Origin: Acidimicrobiales bacterium
Lineage (GTDB): Bacteria; Actinomycetota; Acidimicrobiia; Acidimicrobiales; RAAP-2
Length of the DNA stretch: 64,000 bases
Assembly (NCBI GenBank): GCA_035293965.1
Contig: DATGLW010000138.1
Coordinates: forward strand, 38,908-102,907
Reading direction: 5' to 3'
Of this stretch, positions 1 to 7,481 are shown in pieces. The stretch's first letter is position 1. The number at the start of each line of letters is the position of its first letter. The position numbers and the translations under genes are program-made. The notes below the pieces were generated by a model, which saw nothing but the letters and a program-made list of their open reading frames with translations, was not told where the DNA came from and did not search any database.

Positions 1-153
1 CGGTGCCGTCGGCGGCCGCGTGCAGGCCGTCGACCTGCAGGAGCGGGACCATGCCCCGAATCTTACCGGCGCAGCGCATTTCTGCCGCCCGGCAGCCGAC
101 CGGGTCGTGATCCGCCGGATCCGGTTCGGACCGGCCGCTGCCAGGCTGCCCCA

Positions 154-2400
154 ATGGCCGCTCCAGCCCCGGTACGCTCGGCGGCCGTGGCCGCCTCTCC
201 GTGGACCTTCTCAGGCCAGGTGGCAAGCCTCGGCATCGGCGCTACCCGCGGCGACGTCGTGACGCTGGTCGACGAGTCCACGTTCGCCATCAGCGGCCGA
301 TCCGGCGACATCGTGCCCGGCACGGCCCAGGGGCTCTTCGTGCGCGACACCCGCCTGATCTCGCGTCTCGAGCTGTTGGTGAACGGCGCCCGGCTGGAGC
401 CGCTCACCGCGGTGGAGCTCGATCCCTTCTCGGCCGTCTTCGTGGCACGGGGGGCGCCGGCGGCCGGGCGCGCCGACTCCAACCTCATGGTCTTCCGCTC
501 GCGCTACGTGGGCCAGGGGATGCGCGAGGACCTGCGCGTCCGCAATTACGGGCCCGAGCCCACCGTGTGCCGCCTGGAGCTGTTCGTCGACGCCGACTTC
601 GCCGACCTGTTCGCGGTCAAGGAGGGACGCCACTCGGACACCGACGGCGAGCTCACCCGCGCCGTCGAGGGCGCCACGCTGTCGATCGCCTACCGCCGCG
701 GGCCCACGAGCCGCGGAGTGCAGCTGCGCTTCCTCCCCTCGGTGCCCACGCCCCTGACCGGCGACGGGCCGGCGCCGCTCGCCCCCGGCCGGGTGGCCGA
801 CTTCAGCCTGTCCGAGGACCTGGCGGCAGCCGAGGTCATCGTGCCGCCCAACGGCTCCTGGGCGGGCTGCGTCGAGGTGGTGCCCGTGATCGATTCCGCT
901 CACGTGCTGCCCCGGTACCGCTGCGGCCAGCCCGTGGAGCGCGCCAAGCCCTCCGAGCGCCTCGCCCGGTGGCGTGAGCAGGTGCCCCACGTCACGACGG
1001 AGCACCCGGTGCTGCGCACGGTGGTGGCGCGCAGCGCCGAGGACCTCGGCGCGTTGCGGATCTTCGACCCCGACTTCCCCGACCGGGTGGTCGTGGCGGC
1101 CGGGGCTCCCTGGTTCATGACGGTCTTCGGCCGCGACTCGCTCCTCACCGCCTGGAGCGCGCTGCTCGTCGATCCCGAGCTGGCGCTCGGGGTGCTCCAG
1201 ACCCTGGCCCGCTTCCAGGGCGCGAGGGTGGACCCGCGAAACGAGGAGCAACCGGGCCGGATCCTCCACGAGATGCGCTTCGGCGAGGCGGCGAGCCTGT
1301 CGCTCGGGGGGGGCAGCATCTACTACGGCACCGCCGATGCCACGCCGCTCTTCGTGATGCTGCTGGGCGAGCTGCGCCGGTGGGGCCTCGGGCGCGAGGA
1401 GGTCGACGCTCTGCTCCCCAATGCGGACCGGGCGCTGGCGTGGATCGCCGAGTTCGGCGACCGCGACGGCGACGGGTACGTCGAGTACCTGCGCGCCACC
1501 GACCGCGGCCTGCTGAACCAAGGGTGGAAGGACAGCTGGGACGCCATCCGCTACGCCGACGGGAAGGTGGCGACGGCTCCGATCGCCCTGTGCGAGGTGC
1601 AGGGCTACGTGTACGGGGCCTACCTTGCTCGGGCGCACTTCGCCTACGAGATGGGCGACGCCGCCACCTTCGAGCACTACCGGGGGAAGGCCCTGGCTTT
1701 GAAGAAGGCCTTCAACGAGGACTTCTGGCTCGAGGACCGCGGGTGGTTCGCGCTCGGCCTCGACGCCGACAAGCGCCCCGTCGACGCCCTGGCGTCCAAC
1801 ATGGGCCACTGCCTGTGGACGGGCATCGTCGACCAGGACAAGGCCGAGGCGGTGGCGCGCCACCTCCTCGGCCGCCAGATGTTCAGCGGGTGGGGCGTCC
1901 GCACCCTGGCGGCGGACATGGGCGGCTACAACCCCGTCAGCTACCACTGCGGGTCGGTGTGGCCGCACGACACGGCGATCATCGCGGCCGGCCTCGCCCG
2001 CTACGGCTTCGAGGAGGGCGCCCAGCGAGTGGTGATGGGTCTGCTCGACGCGGCGATGGCCCAGGGCGGCCGCCTCCCCGAGCTGTTCAGCGGGCTCGAC
2101 CGCAGCGAGCTGCCAGTTCCCGTGCCGTACCCGACGTCGTGCTCGCCCCAGGCGTGGGCCGCCGCCTCGCCGCTGCTGTGCCTGCGCACGCTCCTGCGCC
2201 TCGACCCCTGGGTCCCCTACGGCAAGACATGGCTGGCACCGATGGTCCCCGAGGAGATCGGCCACCTGCGGCTCGAGGGGATCCCGCTCGCCGGCTCGAA
2301 GATGACCGTCGAGGTCGACCAGGGGTCGGTCCGGGTGGAGGGGCTGCCGGCCGGTATCGAGCTGATCCAGGCGCCTCGGCACCCCGCCACCGCCGTGTGA
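154..2400 (+). CDS. amylo-alpha-1,6-glucosidase / glycogen debranching enzyme family protein
   Basis: 748-aa ORF with ordinary composition. It has a GDE-N-like N-terminal region and a GDE_C-like C-terminal region (GAPWFMTVFGRDS, GWKDSWD, CGSVWPHD). Confidence 0.85.
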   Translation: MAAPAPVRSAAVAASPWTFSGQVASLGIGATRGDVVTLVDESTFAISGRSGDIVPGTAQGLFVRDTRLISRLELLVNGARLEPLTAVELDPFSAVFVARGAPAAGRADSNLMVFRSRYVGQGMREDLRVRNYGPEPTVCRLELFVDADFADLFAVKEGRHSDTDGELTRAVEGATLSIAYRRGPTSRGVQLRFLPSVPTPLTGDGPAPLAPGRVADFSLSEDLAAAEVIVPPNGSWAGCVEVVPVIDSAHVLPRYRCGQPVERAKPSERLARWREQVPHVTTEHPVLRTVVARSAEDLGALRIFDPDFPDRVVVAAGAPWFMTVFGRDSLLTAWSALLVDPELALGVLQTLARFQGARVDPRNEEQPGRILHEMRFGEAASLSLGGGSIYYGTADATPLFVMLLGELRRWGLGREEVDALLPNADRALAWIAEFGDRDGDGYVEYLRATDRGLLNQGWKDSWDAIRYADGKVATAPIALCEVQGYVYGAYLARAHFAYEMGDAATFEHYRGKALALKKAFNEDFWLEDRGWFALGLDADKRPVDALASNMGHCLWTGIVDQDKAEAVARHLLGRQMFSGWGVRTLAADMGGYNPVSYHCGSVWPHDTAIIAAGLARYGFEEGAQRVVMGLLDAAMAQGGRLPELFSGLDRSELPVPVPYPTSCSPQAWAAASPLLCLRTLLRLDPWVPYGKTWLAPMVPEEIGHLRLEGIPLAGSKMTVEVDQGSVRVEGLPAGIELIQAPRHPATAV

Positions 2401-2424
2401 GCGGTCGACTTCCTCGGGCGCCGG

Positions 2425-2574
2425 CCTCCGGCCGCCGGTCGGTCTGGTGGGCGCCCGTCGACCTCACCGGCCCCGGGCGACCCCCCCACCTCCGGCCGCC
2501 GGTCGACCTCACCGGCCCCGGGCGAACCCCCACCTCCGGCCGCCGGTCGACCTCACCAGCCCCGGTCGACCCAC
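2425..2574. repeat. tandem repeat, 44-bp unit x3 (first copy has a 20-bp insertion)
   Basis: cctccggccgccggtcgacctcacc... recurs starting at 2425, 2489 and 2533. The last copy contains the stop codon and the final codons (WVDRGW*) of the minus-strand MBL gene. Confidence 0.8.
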
Positions 2575-3188
2575 TCCTGGAGGTGGGGGGACTCGGCTCC
2601 GATGGTGGTGGACGCCCCGTGCCCCGGCAGGACGAGGGTGTCCGGGCCGAAGCGCCGGAACAGCCGGTCCTCGATGGAGCGGATGATGGTCGGGAAGTCG
2701 CCCCCGGCGAACGACGTGTTCCCCGGGCCGCCAGGGAACAGCGTGTCGCCCGACAGCAGCAGGGGTGTGCCCTCGACGGCGAAGCACATCGACCCCGGCG
2801 TGTGCCCCGGGGTGGCGATGGTCCGGACCCGGAGGCGGCCCACCTCGATGACGCTGTCGTCGGCCAGGAGGAGATCGTAGGAAGGCAGCATGCCGGCGTC
2901 CTCAGGGGTCACGGACACGGCGATCCCCGCCTCGCGCACGGCCGGCACGGCCTGGATGTGGTCCCAGTGGCCGTGCGTCTCGACGACGCTGCGGACCCCG
3001 AGTCGCTCGCACACCGGCAGCAACGCCTCGTGCTCGTTCGCCGCGTCGACCAGCACGGCGTCGCCCGTGCGCCTGCAGCGGACGACGTAGACGTTGTTGT
3101 CCATCGGGCCGACCACCATGCGATGCACCTCGCAGGTGGCGTCCTCCCAGATCCGGACCAGCTCTGGCATGTCCACAGGATCCCACAT
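2553..3188 (-). CDS. MBL-fold metallo-hydrolase (glyoxalase II-like)
   Basis: Contains the ETHGHWDH metal motif, then TPGHTPGS and PGHG. The start is taken at the internal ATG (MWDPVDMPELV), because the upstream part of the ORF is R/S-rich junk. Confidence 0.85.
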   Translation of the reverse strand: MWDPVDMPELVRIWEDATCEVHRMVVGPMDNNVYVVRCRRTGDAVLVDAANEHEALLPVCERLGVRSVVETHGHWDHIQAVPAVREAGIAVSVTPEDAGMLPSYDLLLADDSVIEVGRLRVRTIATPGHTPGSMCFAVEGTPLLLSGDTLFPGGPGNTSFAGGDFPTIIRSIEDRLFRRFGPDTLVLPGHGASTTIGAESPHLQEWVDRGW

Positions 3189-3393
3189 CGGGTGTGCCGC
3201 CACGCTGCGGCCCGGGCCGCTTCCCGGCGCGCCCGTTGTCCGCCGCCCGTCCGCCGTGCGGTGGCCGCCTTGGCCCCCTCGGGGACGGTCTGGTAGACAG
3301 CAGCACTGTGCTGGACTCGACACCGATGCCCGGACGGCCCTCGCGTGCGATGACCGCCGCGTGCACGAGGTCCCGGTTGCGCAGGCGCCGGGC

Positions 3394-4527
3394 ATGGGGA
3401 AAGGGGACGCCGTGAACTTCGCCTTCACGGAGGAGCAGGAGGAGCTGCGCCGGAGCGTCCGCCGGTTCCTGCAGGAGAAGTCCCCGGAGGCCGAGGTGCG
3501 CCGGCTCATGGAGACCGAGGAGGGCTACGACCCCGCCGTGTGGTCCCAGATGGCCGACCAGCTCGGTCTGCAGTCGATCATCATCCCGGAGGCCTATGGC
3601 GGGTCCGGGTTCTCCTACGTCGAGCTCATGATCGTCCTCGAGGAGATGGGGGCCGCCCTGCTGTGCGCGCCCTACTTCTCCACCGTGGCGCTCGCCACCA
3701 ACGCCATCTTGTGCTCGGGCGACGAGGCGGCGAAGAAGACCTTTCTGCCCGGGCTCGCGTCGGGCGAGACGATCGGCACGCTCGCCATCACCGAGGACAA
3801 CGGGCGCTGGGACCTCGGCGGCGTCGAGCTTCGGGCCGAGCCCGCCGGCGAGGGGTGGGTGCTCGACGGCCACAAGATGTACGTGCTCGACGGCCATACG
3901 GCCGACCTCATCGTGGTCGTAGCCCGGTCCGCCCACGGGCTCAGCCTGTTCGCGGTCCGCGCGGGCGCGGAGGGGCTCGTGCGGACGCCGCTGTCCACGA
4001 TGGACCAGACCCGCAAGCAGGCGCGCCTCGAGCTCAACCGCACGCCGGCCACGCTCATCGGGTCCGAGGGCGGGGCGGAGGAAGGGCTCCGCAAGACCCT
4101 GGACCTCGTGGCGGTGGCGCTGGCCGCCGAGCAGGTGGGCGGCGCGCAGCGCTGCCTCGACATGTCGGTCGAGTACGCCAAGCACCGCATCCAGTTCGGG
4201 CGGCCCATCGGCAGCTTCCAGGCCATCAAGCACAAGTGCGCCGACATGCTCCTCGAGGTGGAGTCCTCCAAGTCGGCGGCCTACTACGCAGGGTGGGCGG
4301 CGGCCGAGGACTCCGACGAGCTGCCCGTGGTGGCGAGCCTCGCCAAGTCGTACTGCTCGGAGGCCTACTTCCACGCGGCGGCCGAGAACATCCAGATCCA
4401 TGGCGGCATCGGGTTCACCTGGGAGCACCCGGCGCACCTGTACTTCAAGCGGGCGAAGTCCTCGGAGCTGCTCTTCGGGGACCCGACGTACCACCGCGAG
4501 CTGCTTGCCCAGCGGATCGGCATCTGA
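3394..4527 (+). CDS. acyl-CoA dehydrogenase
   Basis: Typical ACAD N-terminus (NFAFTEEQEELR) and C-terminus (IHGGIGFTWEHPAHLYFKRAK). An alternative GTG start at 3412 is preceded by AGGGGA. Confidence 0.9.
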   Translation: MGKGDAVNFAFTEEQEELRRSVRRFLQEKSPEAEVRRLMETEEGYDPAVWSQMADQLGLQSIIIPEAYGGSGFSYVELMIVLEEMGAALLCAPYFSTVALATNAILCSGDEAAKKTFLPGLASGETIGTLAITEDNGRWDLGGVELRAEPAGEGWVLDGHKMYVLDGHTADLIVVVARSAHGLSLFAVRAGAEGLVRTPLSTMDQTRKQARLELNRTPATLIGSEGGAEEGLRKTLDLVAVALAAEQVGGAQRCLDMSVEYAKHRIQFGRPIGSFQAIKHKCADMLLEVESSKSAAYYAGWAAAEDSDELPVVASLAKSYCSEAYFHAAAENIQIHGGIGFTWEHPAHLYFKRAKSSELLFGDPTYHRELLAQRIGI

Positions 4528-5282
4528 CCGGTCCCTGGAAGCTCCTCGACGGGCCCGCGGGGGTCCTGCGCACCTACGTCACCGCGACGGCGCCCGGGGT
4601 ACGGGCCAACCGGGCCGTCGTGCTGTGCCACGAGCTTCCGCGTGACCCCGGCGCCGCCGAGGCCATCGACCGGACCTATCCGTGGCTCGCCGACCGCCTG
4701 GCCCAGGAGTCCGGCTGGCGGGTGATCCTGCCCACGCTGCGCGGGGCTGGAGGGTCCGCGGGTGAGTTCTCGGCCTTGGGATGGCTGGCCGACCTCCGTT
4801 TCCTGGTCGCACACGAGGCGCAGCAGGCGGTCCAGGTCTGCGCCGTCGGGTTCGGCCTCGGGGGAGCGCTGGCCCTCCGCCTGGCCGCCGACGAGGAGCG
4901 GGTGGTGGGCGTGGGGTCGCTCGGTGCGCCCGCTGACCTCGCCGCATGGGTGGGCGACGCCTCGGCCTTCCTGCAGCGCTGCCGCGACAGCGGCGTGGTC
5001 CGCTCGGCGGGCTTCCCGCCCGACCTGTCGTCGTGGGTCGACGAGCTGGTCGGGCTGGACCCGGTCCAGGCGGCGGGGTCCCTCGCCGGACGCCCCCTCC
5101 TCATCGTCCACGGCACCGACGACGCCGAGGTGCCGGCCCAGGCCGCCAGGGGGCTGGCCGAGGCTGCGGCCCGGTCGGGGTCGACCGTCGACCTGCGGGT
5201 CGTGCCGGGCGCCGGCCACTGGCTCCGCGCCGACCCCCGCGTCGTGGCCACGCTCATCGGGTGGCTCGAGCGGCACCAGTGA
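4524..5282 (+). CDS. alpha/beta hydrolase
   Basis: Contains AVVLCHELP, a nucleophile elbow-like GFGLGG, and HGTDDAEVP...GAGHW. No ATG, GTG or TTG lies between the upstream stop region and 4620. CTG at 4524 or GTG at 4620 are the only candidates, so the start is uncertain. Confidence 0.7.
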   Translation: MTGPWKLLDGPAGVLRTYVTATAPGVRANRAVVLCHELPRDPGAAEAIDRTYPWLADRLAQESGWRVILPTLRGAGGSAGEFSALGWLADLRFLVAHEAQQAVQVCAVGFGLGGALALRLAADEERVVGVGSLGAPADLAAWVGDASAFLQRCRDSGVVRSAGFPPDLSSWVDELVGLDPVQAAGSLAGRPLLIVHGTDDAEVPAQAARGLAEAAARSGSTVDLRVVPGAGHWLRADPRVVATLIGWLERHQ

Positions 5283-5340
5283 AGGGCGCGCCAACGGAGG
5301 GCGCGCCAACGAAGGAAACGGGAAGGAACGAAGGAACGGG
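5281..5340. repeat. short purine-rich tandem repeats directly after a stop codon
   Basis: gaagggcgcgccaacg / gagggcgcgccaacg is followed by gaaggaaacgg / gaaggaacg / aaggaacggg. The array begins inside the TGA of the hydrolase gene. Confidence 0.6.
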
Positions 5341-5360
5341 AGAGCAAGGGCCCCCGGTGG

Positions 5361-6041
5361 TCAGGGCTCGGCGCCAAGCCGGCACGCCCTGGCGATGGCG
5401 GACCTGAGTGCCGCCGCGGCGGCCCGGGGGTCCCGCGCGCCGGTGAGGTGCCGGACGACCACGAAGTGGCGAGCGCCCGCTGCCCACAAGTGCGGGATGG
5501 CCTCAGGTGTGACGCCCCCGGTCACGAACACGGGCACCCGCGCGCGAGCGACGGCCAGGCGCAGGTAGCCGAGCCCGGTGGGGGAACGGTCAGGGTGGGT
5601 GGCCGTCCGCACCACCGGACCGGCCGACACGTAGTCGACCGGCTCGCCGCCCGCCGCCTCGAGCTGTGCCGGCGCGTGCGTGGAGAGCCCGACGACTGCC
5701 TCGTCACCGAGGATACGGCGGGCCACCGAGGGCGGCACATCGTCCTGGCCGACGTGGACCCCGTCCGCGCCAGCGGCCAAGGCCAGGTCGGGTCGGTCGT
5801 TGACGATGAAGGGGACCCCGCGCGCTGCGCACACCTCGGCGACGAGCCGGGCTCGCGCCAGGAGGGGCCTCGCCTCGAGCCCCTTCTCTCGCAGCTGCAC
5901 GACGTCGACCCCGCCGTCGATGCACGCTTCGACGAAGGCGGCGAGGTCGGGGCGGTCGGGGGTGCACAGGTACAGGCGACGCTCGGCGAACCGCCAGCGG
6001 CGTCCGGGGCGGGGCTTCTCCTCGGCCAGGTCCTCGATCAC
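5361..6041 (-). CDS. thiE: thiamine-phosphate synthase
   Basis: Contains RLYLCTPD, VDVVQLREK, FIVNDRPDLA, GVHVGQDD and VFVTGGV. The GTG start overlaps the upstream gene's stop as GTGA. Confidence 0.85.
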   Translation of the reverse strand: MIEDLAEEKPRPGRRWRFAERRLYLCTPDRPDLAAFVEACIDGGVDVVQLREKGLEARPLLARARLVAEVCAARGVPFIVNDRPDLALAAGADGVHVGQDDVPPSVARRILGDEAVVGLSTHAPAQLEAAGGEPVDYVSAGPVVRTATHPDRSPTGLGYLRLAVARARVPVFVTGGVTPEAIPHLWAAGARHFVVVRHLTGARDPRAAAAALRSAIARACRLGAEP

Positions 6042-6679
6042 ACGGGCGATCGGTTGCCGCCGCGGCGAGCTGCACCCGCCATCGAGGCCCGGGGACCTTG
6101 CGCGCCCTGCCCGCCTGCCTTCATCCGTTGCTTGTAGGCGCGCACGAGCGCCAGGCTGTCGGCGTCGACGATGTCGGCCACCGAGCGGTGGCTGCCCGGC
6201 TCGCCGTAGGGGTGCGACACCTTCTCCCATCCCGCAGCCCTCACGCCGAGCTGCTTGCCGAGCAGCGCCACGAAGATTCGCGCCTTCTGGTCGCCGAAGC
6301 CCGGCAGCGCGCGCACGCGCGCGAGGAGGTCCTTGCCGTCGCGGGCGCCCGCCCACACCGCTGCCGCGTCGCCGCCGTAGTCCTCGGTGACGACCCGGCA
6401 CAGCTCGTGCACCCGGGCCGCCATCGACCCGGGGAAGCGATGCAGTGCGGGCTTTGCCGCGAACGCTGCCGCCAGGTCGGCGGGGTCCATCGCCGCCAGC
6501 CGGGGCGCCTCCAGCGGGATGCCGAGGCGTTCGACGAGGCGGGCCGGAGCGGCGAAAGCCCGCTCGAGGGGGACCTGCTGGTCGAGCACCATGCCGATCA
6601 ACAGCGCCAGCGGGTTCTCGCTGAGGAGGCGGTCGGCCTCGGGGTCCTGCGCCAAGTGCAATGCAGCCACGACGGGCAC
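6038..6679 (-). CDS. HhH-GPD-type base excision DNA repair protein
   Basis: Contains LIGMVLDQQVPLERAF, LHRFPGSMA and LPGFGDQKARIF. GTG start candidates are at 6679 and 6670. Confidence 0.75.
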   Translation of the reverse strand: MPVVAALHLAQDPEADRLLSENPLALLIGMVLDQQVPLERAFAAPARLVERLGIPLEAPRLAAMDPADLAAAFAAKPALHRFPGSMAARVHELCRVVTEDYGGDAAAVWAGARDGKDLLARVRALPGFGDQKARIFVALLGKQLGVRAAGWEKVSHPYGEPGSHRSVADIVDADSLALVRAYKQRMKAGGQGAQGPRASMAGAARRGGNRSPV

Positions 6680-6687
6680 GTTACCGC

Positions 6688-6781
6688 CGGACGAGCCCCG
6701 CCACGGCGGTGCCGGATGACCTCCCCGGGACGAGCGCGGGCACACCCGTCACGGACGAGCCCCGCCACGGTGGCGCCGGAT
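6688..6781. repeat. direct repeat, two 30-bp copies 64 bp apart
   Basis: cggacgagccccgccacgg(c/t)gg(t/c)gccggat occurs at 6688-6717 and 6752-6781. It lies in the divergent spacer between the HhH-GPD and Rrf2 genes. Confidence 0.7.
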
Positions 6782-6819
6782 CTCGAGCCGCGCCCCGTGC
6801 GGGCGGGCAGAATCGCTGC

Positions 6820-7272
6820 GTGCACGTACCGGCCAGGGTCGACTACGGCCTGCGCGCCCTGCTCACCCTTGCCGCTGGCGAGGTCCCCCAGACGGCCGAC
6901 GCCCTTGCTGCCAGCCAGGGGCTCCCGCCGAGGTTCCTCGGCGTGATCATGGCCGACCTCCGTCGGGCAGGCGTGGTGACGAGCCAGCGCGGCGCCGAGG
7001 GCGGCTACCGGCTGGCCCGGCCGGCGGCCGAGATCAGCCTGGCCTCGGTGATCCGGGTGCTCGACGGGCCCCTGGCCGAAGTGCGGGGCGTCCGCCCGGA
7101 ACATGCCCGCTACGAGGGCCCGGCTGCGCACCTCCAGGAGGTCTGGGTGGCCGTCCGGGCCAGCCTGCGCACGGTGCTCGAGAACGTCACCCTGGCCGAC
7201 GTGGTGGCGGGGCGCCTGCCCGAGGCGGTCGCCGAGCTGGCAGCCGACCCGGCGGCATGGGCCTCCCGCTGA
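6820..7272 (+). CDS. Rrf2 family transcriptional regulator
   Basis: N-terminal winged-helix region (RVDYGLRALLTLA...LPPRFLGVIMADLRRAGVVTSQRGAEGGYRLARP). GTG start at 6820. Confidence 0.85.
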   Translation: MHVPARVDYGLRALLTLAAGEVPQTADALAASQGLPPRFLGVIMADLRRAGVVTSQRGAEGGYRLARPAAEISLASVIRVLDGPLAEVRGVRPEHARYEGPAAHLQEVWVAVRASLRTVLENVTLADVVAGRLPEAVAELAADPAAWASR

Positions 7273-7370
7273 GGCTCGACCGGCCCGCGGGCCGGTCGAG
7301 GGAAGGTGGACCGGCGCCCGGGAGGTCCCGGGCCGGGGCTCGAGCCCTCGGGATGGCCGGAAGGGCCGGC

Positions 7371-7455
7371 GGAGTGCCGGCGAAGGGCCCATGGAGTGCC
7401 GGCGAAGGGCCGGTGGAGTGCCGGCGGAGTGCGGGCGAAGGGCCGGCGAAGGGCC
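7371..7455. repeat. tandem repeat, about 22-bp unit x3-4
   Basis: ggagtgccggcgaagggcc(c/g)(a/g)t is repeated between the convergent Rrf2 and aceE genes. Confidence 0.7.
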
Positions 7456-7481
7456 TCGCTTGGCTGACGGGTCAGGCCCGT

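Noticed and set aside
1-153. Possible 3' or 5' fragment of a gene at the left edge of the window
   Set aside because: The sequence is too short, and the ORFs covering it (20-262 +, 63-488 -) have Arg/Pro-rich composition. No call is possible.
7371-7455. Possible CRISPR arrays among the short tandem repeats (also 34386-34462, 46243-46299 and others)
   Set aside because: The repeats are directly adjacent, with no unique spacers. There are only 2-4 copies of each, and each array has a different unit. No cas genes are present in the window.
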